The translations under genes were made by a program, and so were the position numbers. DNA of 63,150 nucleotides, filler included, from Choristocarpus tenellus KU-1152 (lineage: Eukaryota > Protista > Phaeophyceae), in NCBI GenBank assembly GCA_964200185.2. It is 9 parts of 9 records of this genome, joined end to end, with 100 filler letters (N's around TTAATTAATTAA, not from the genome) between each part and the next. Parts side by side here need not be neighbours in the genome. Positions count along the whole stretch, not along the records: positions 60,471 to 63,150 come from CAXNAD020025708.1; 8 more parts are not named here. One strand, written 5' to 3'. Below the pieces are notes generated by a model that was given only the letters and a program-made list of their open reading frames with translations, did not search any database and was not told the origin of the DNA. Of this stretch, positions 63,071-63,150 are shown piece by piece (the stretch's first letter is position 1; each line of letters opens with the position of its first letter).

Positions 63071-63150
63071 GGCTCAAAGTATCTGGGGGAGTGGGGGGTG
63101 GCTGTTCATTTGGGGACAATTTTTCAAGTCGCGATTTTTGTGTGATTTGG
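63071..63150 (+). mobile_element. Short-spacer end of subfamily B MITE, truncated by window end
   Basis: GGCTC-AAAGTATCT-19-GTTCATTTG...GTCGCGATTTTTG; matches the reverse complement of 10768-10816 and 7215-7249. Confidence 0.8.

Overview
Eukaryotic, intron-rich DNA, most likely a brown alga or related stramenopile (inferred from gene style, TTAGGG-like repeats and the TE families). The window is not one locus. It is nine contigs joined by artificial 100-bp N44-TTAATTAATTAA-N44 linkers: 1-3203, 3304-7114, 7215-10816, 10917-15725, 15826-20383, 20484-26324, 26425-32728, 32829-60370 and 60471-63150. Host gene fragments are CPSF3/CPSF73, a TKL-type kinase, TAF2, an organellar PNPase and a large VPS13-like protein with C2 and EF-hand domains. 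There are also two decayed host genes, a DUF2009/UPF0652 gene and an ERCC6L2-like SNF2 helicase. Two mobile-element signals stand out. (1) A high-copy family of short non-autonomous DNA transposons with 4-bp TSDs and Sola-like GAG..CTC termini in the best copy. Their ends are bipartite, AAAGTATCT-spacer-GTCCATTTG, with a spacer of about 16 bp at one end and about 26 bp at the other in subfamilies whose spacer sequences differ. This one-helical-turn asymmetry is reminiscent of the RSS 12/23 rule. (2) A multi-exon Sola/DUF7869-type transposase pseudogene lying head-to-head with a ParB/Srx-like (DGNHR) gene across a 1.7-kb compound repeat array. A second ParB-like pseudogene with 3 x ~235-bp upstream repeats occurs on another contig. 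All family assignments come from motifs recognised by eye; no database searches were run.
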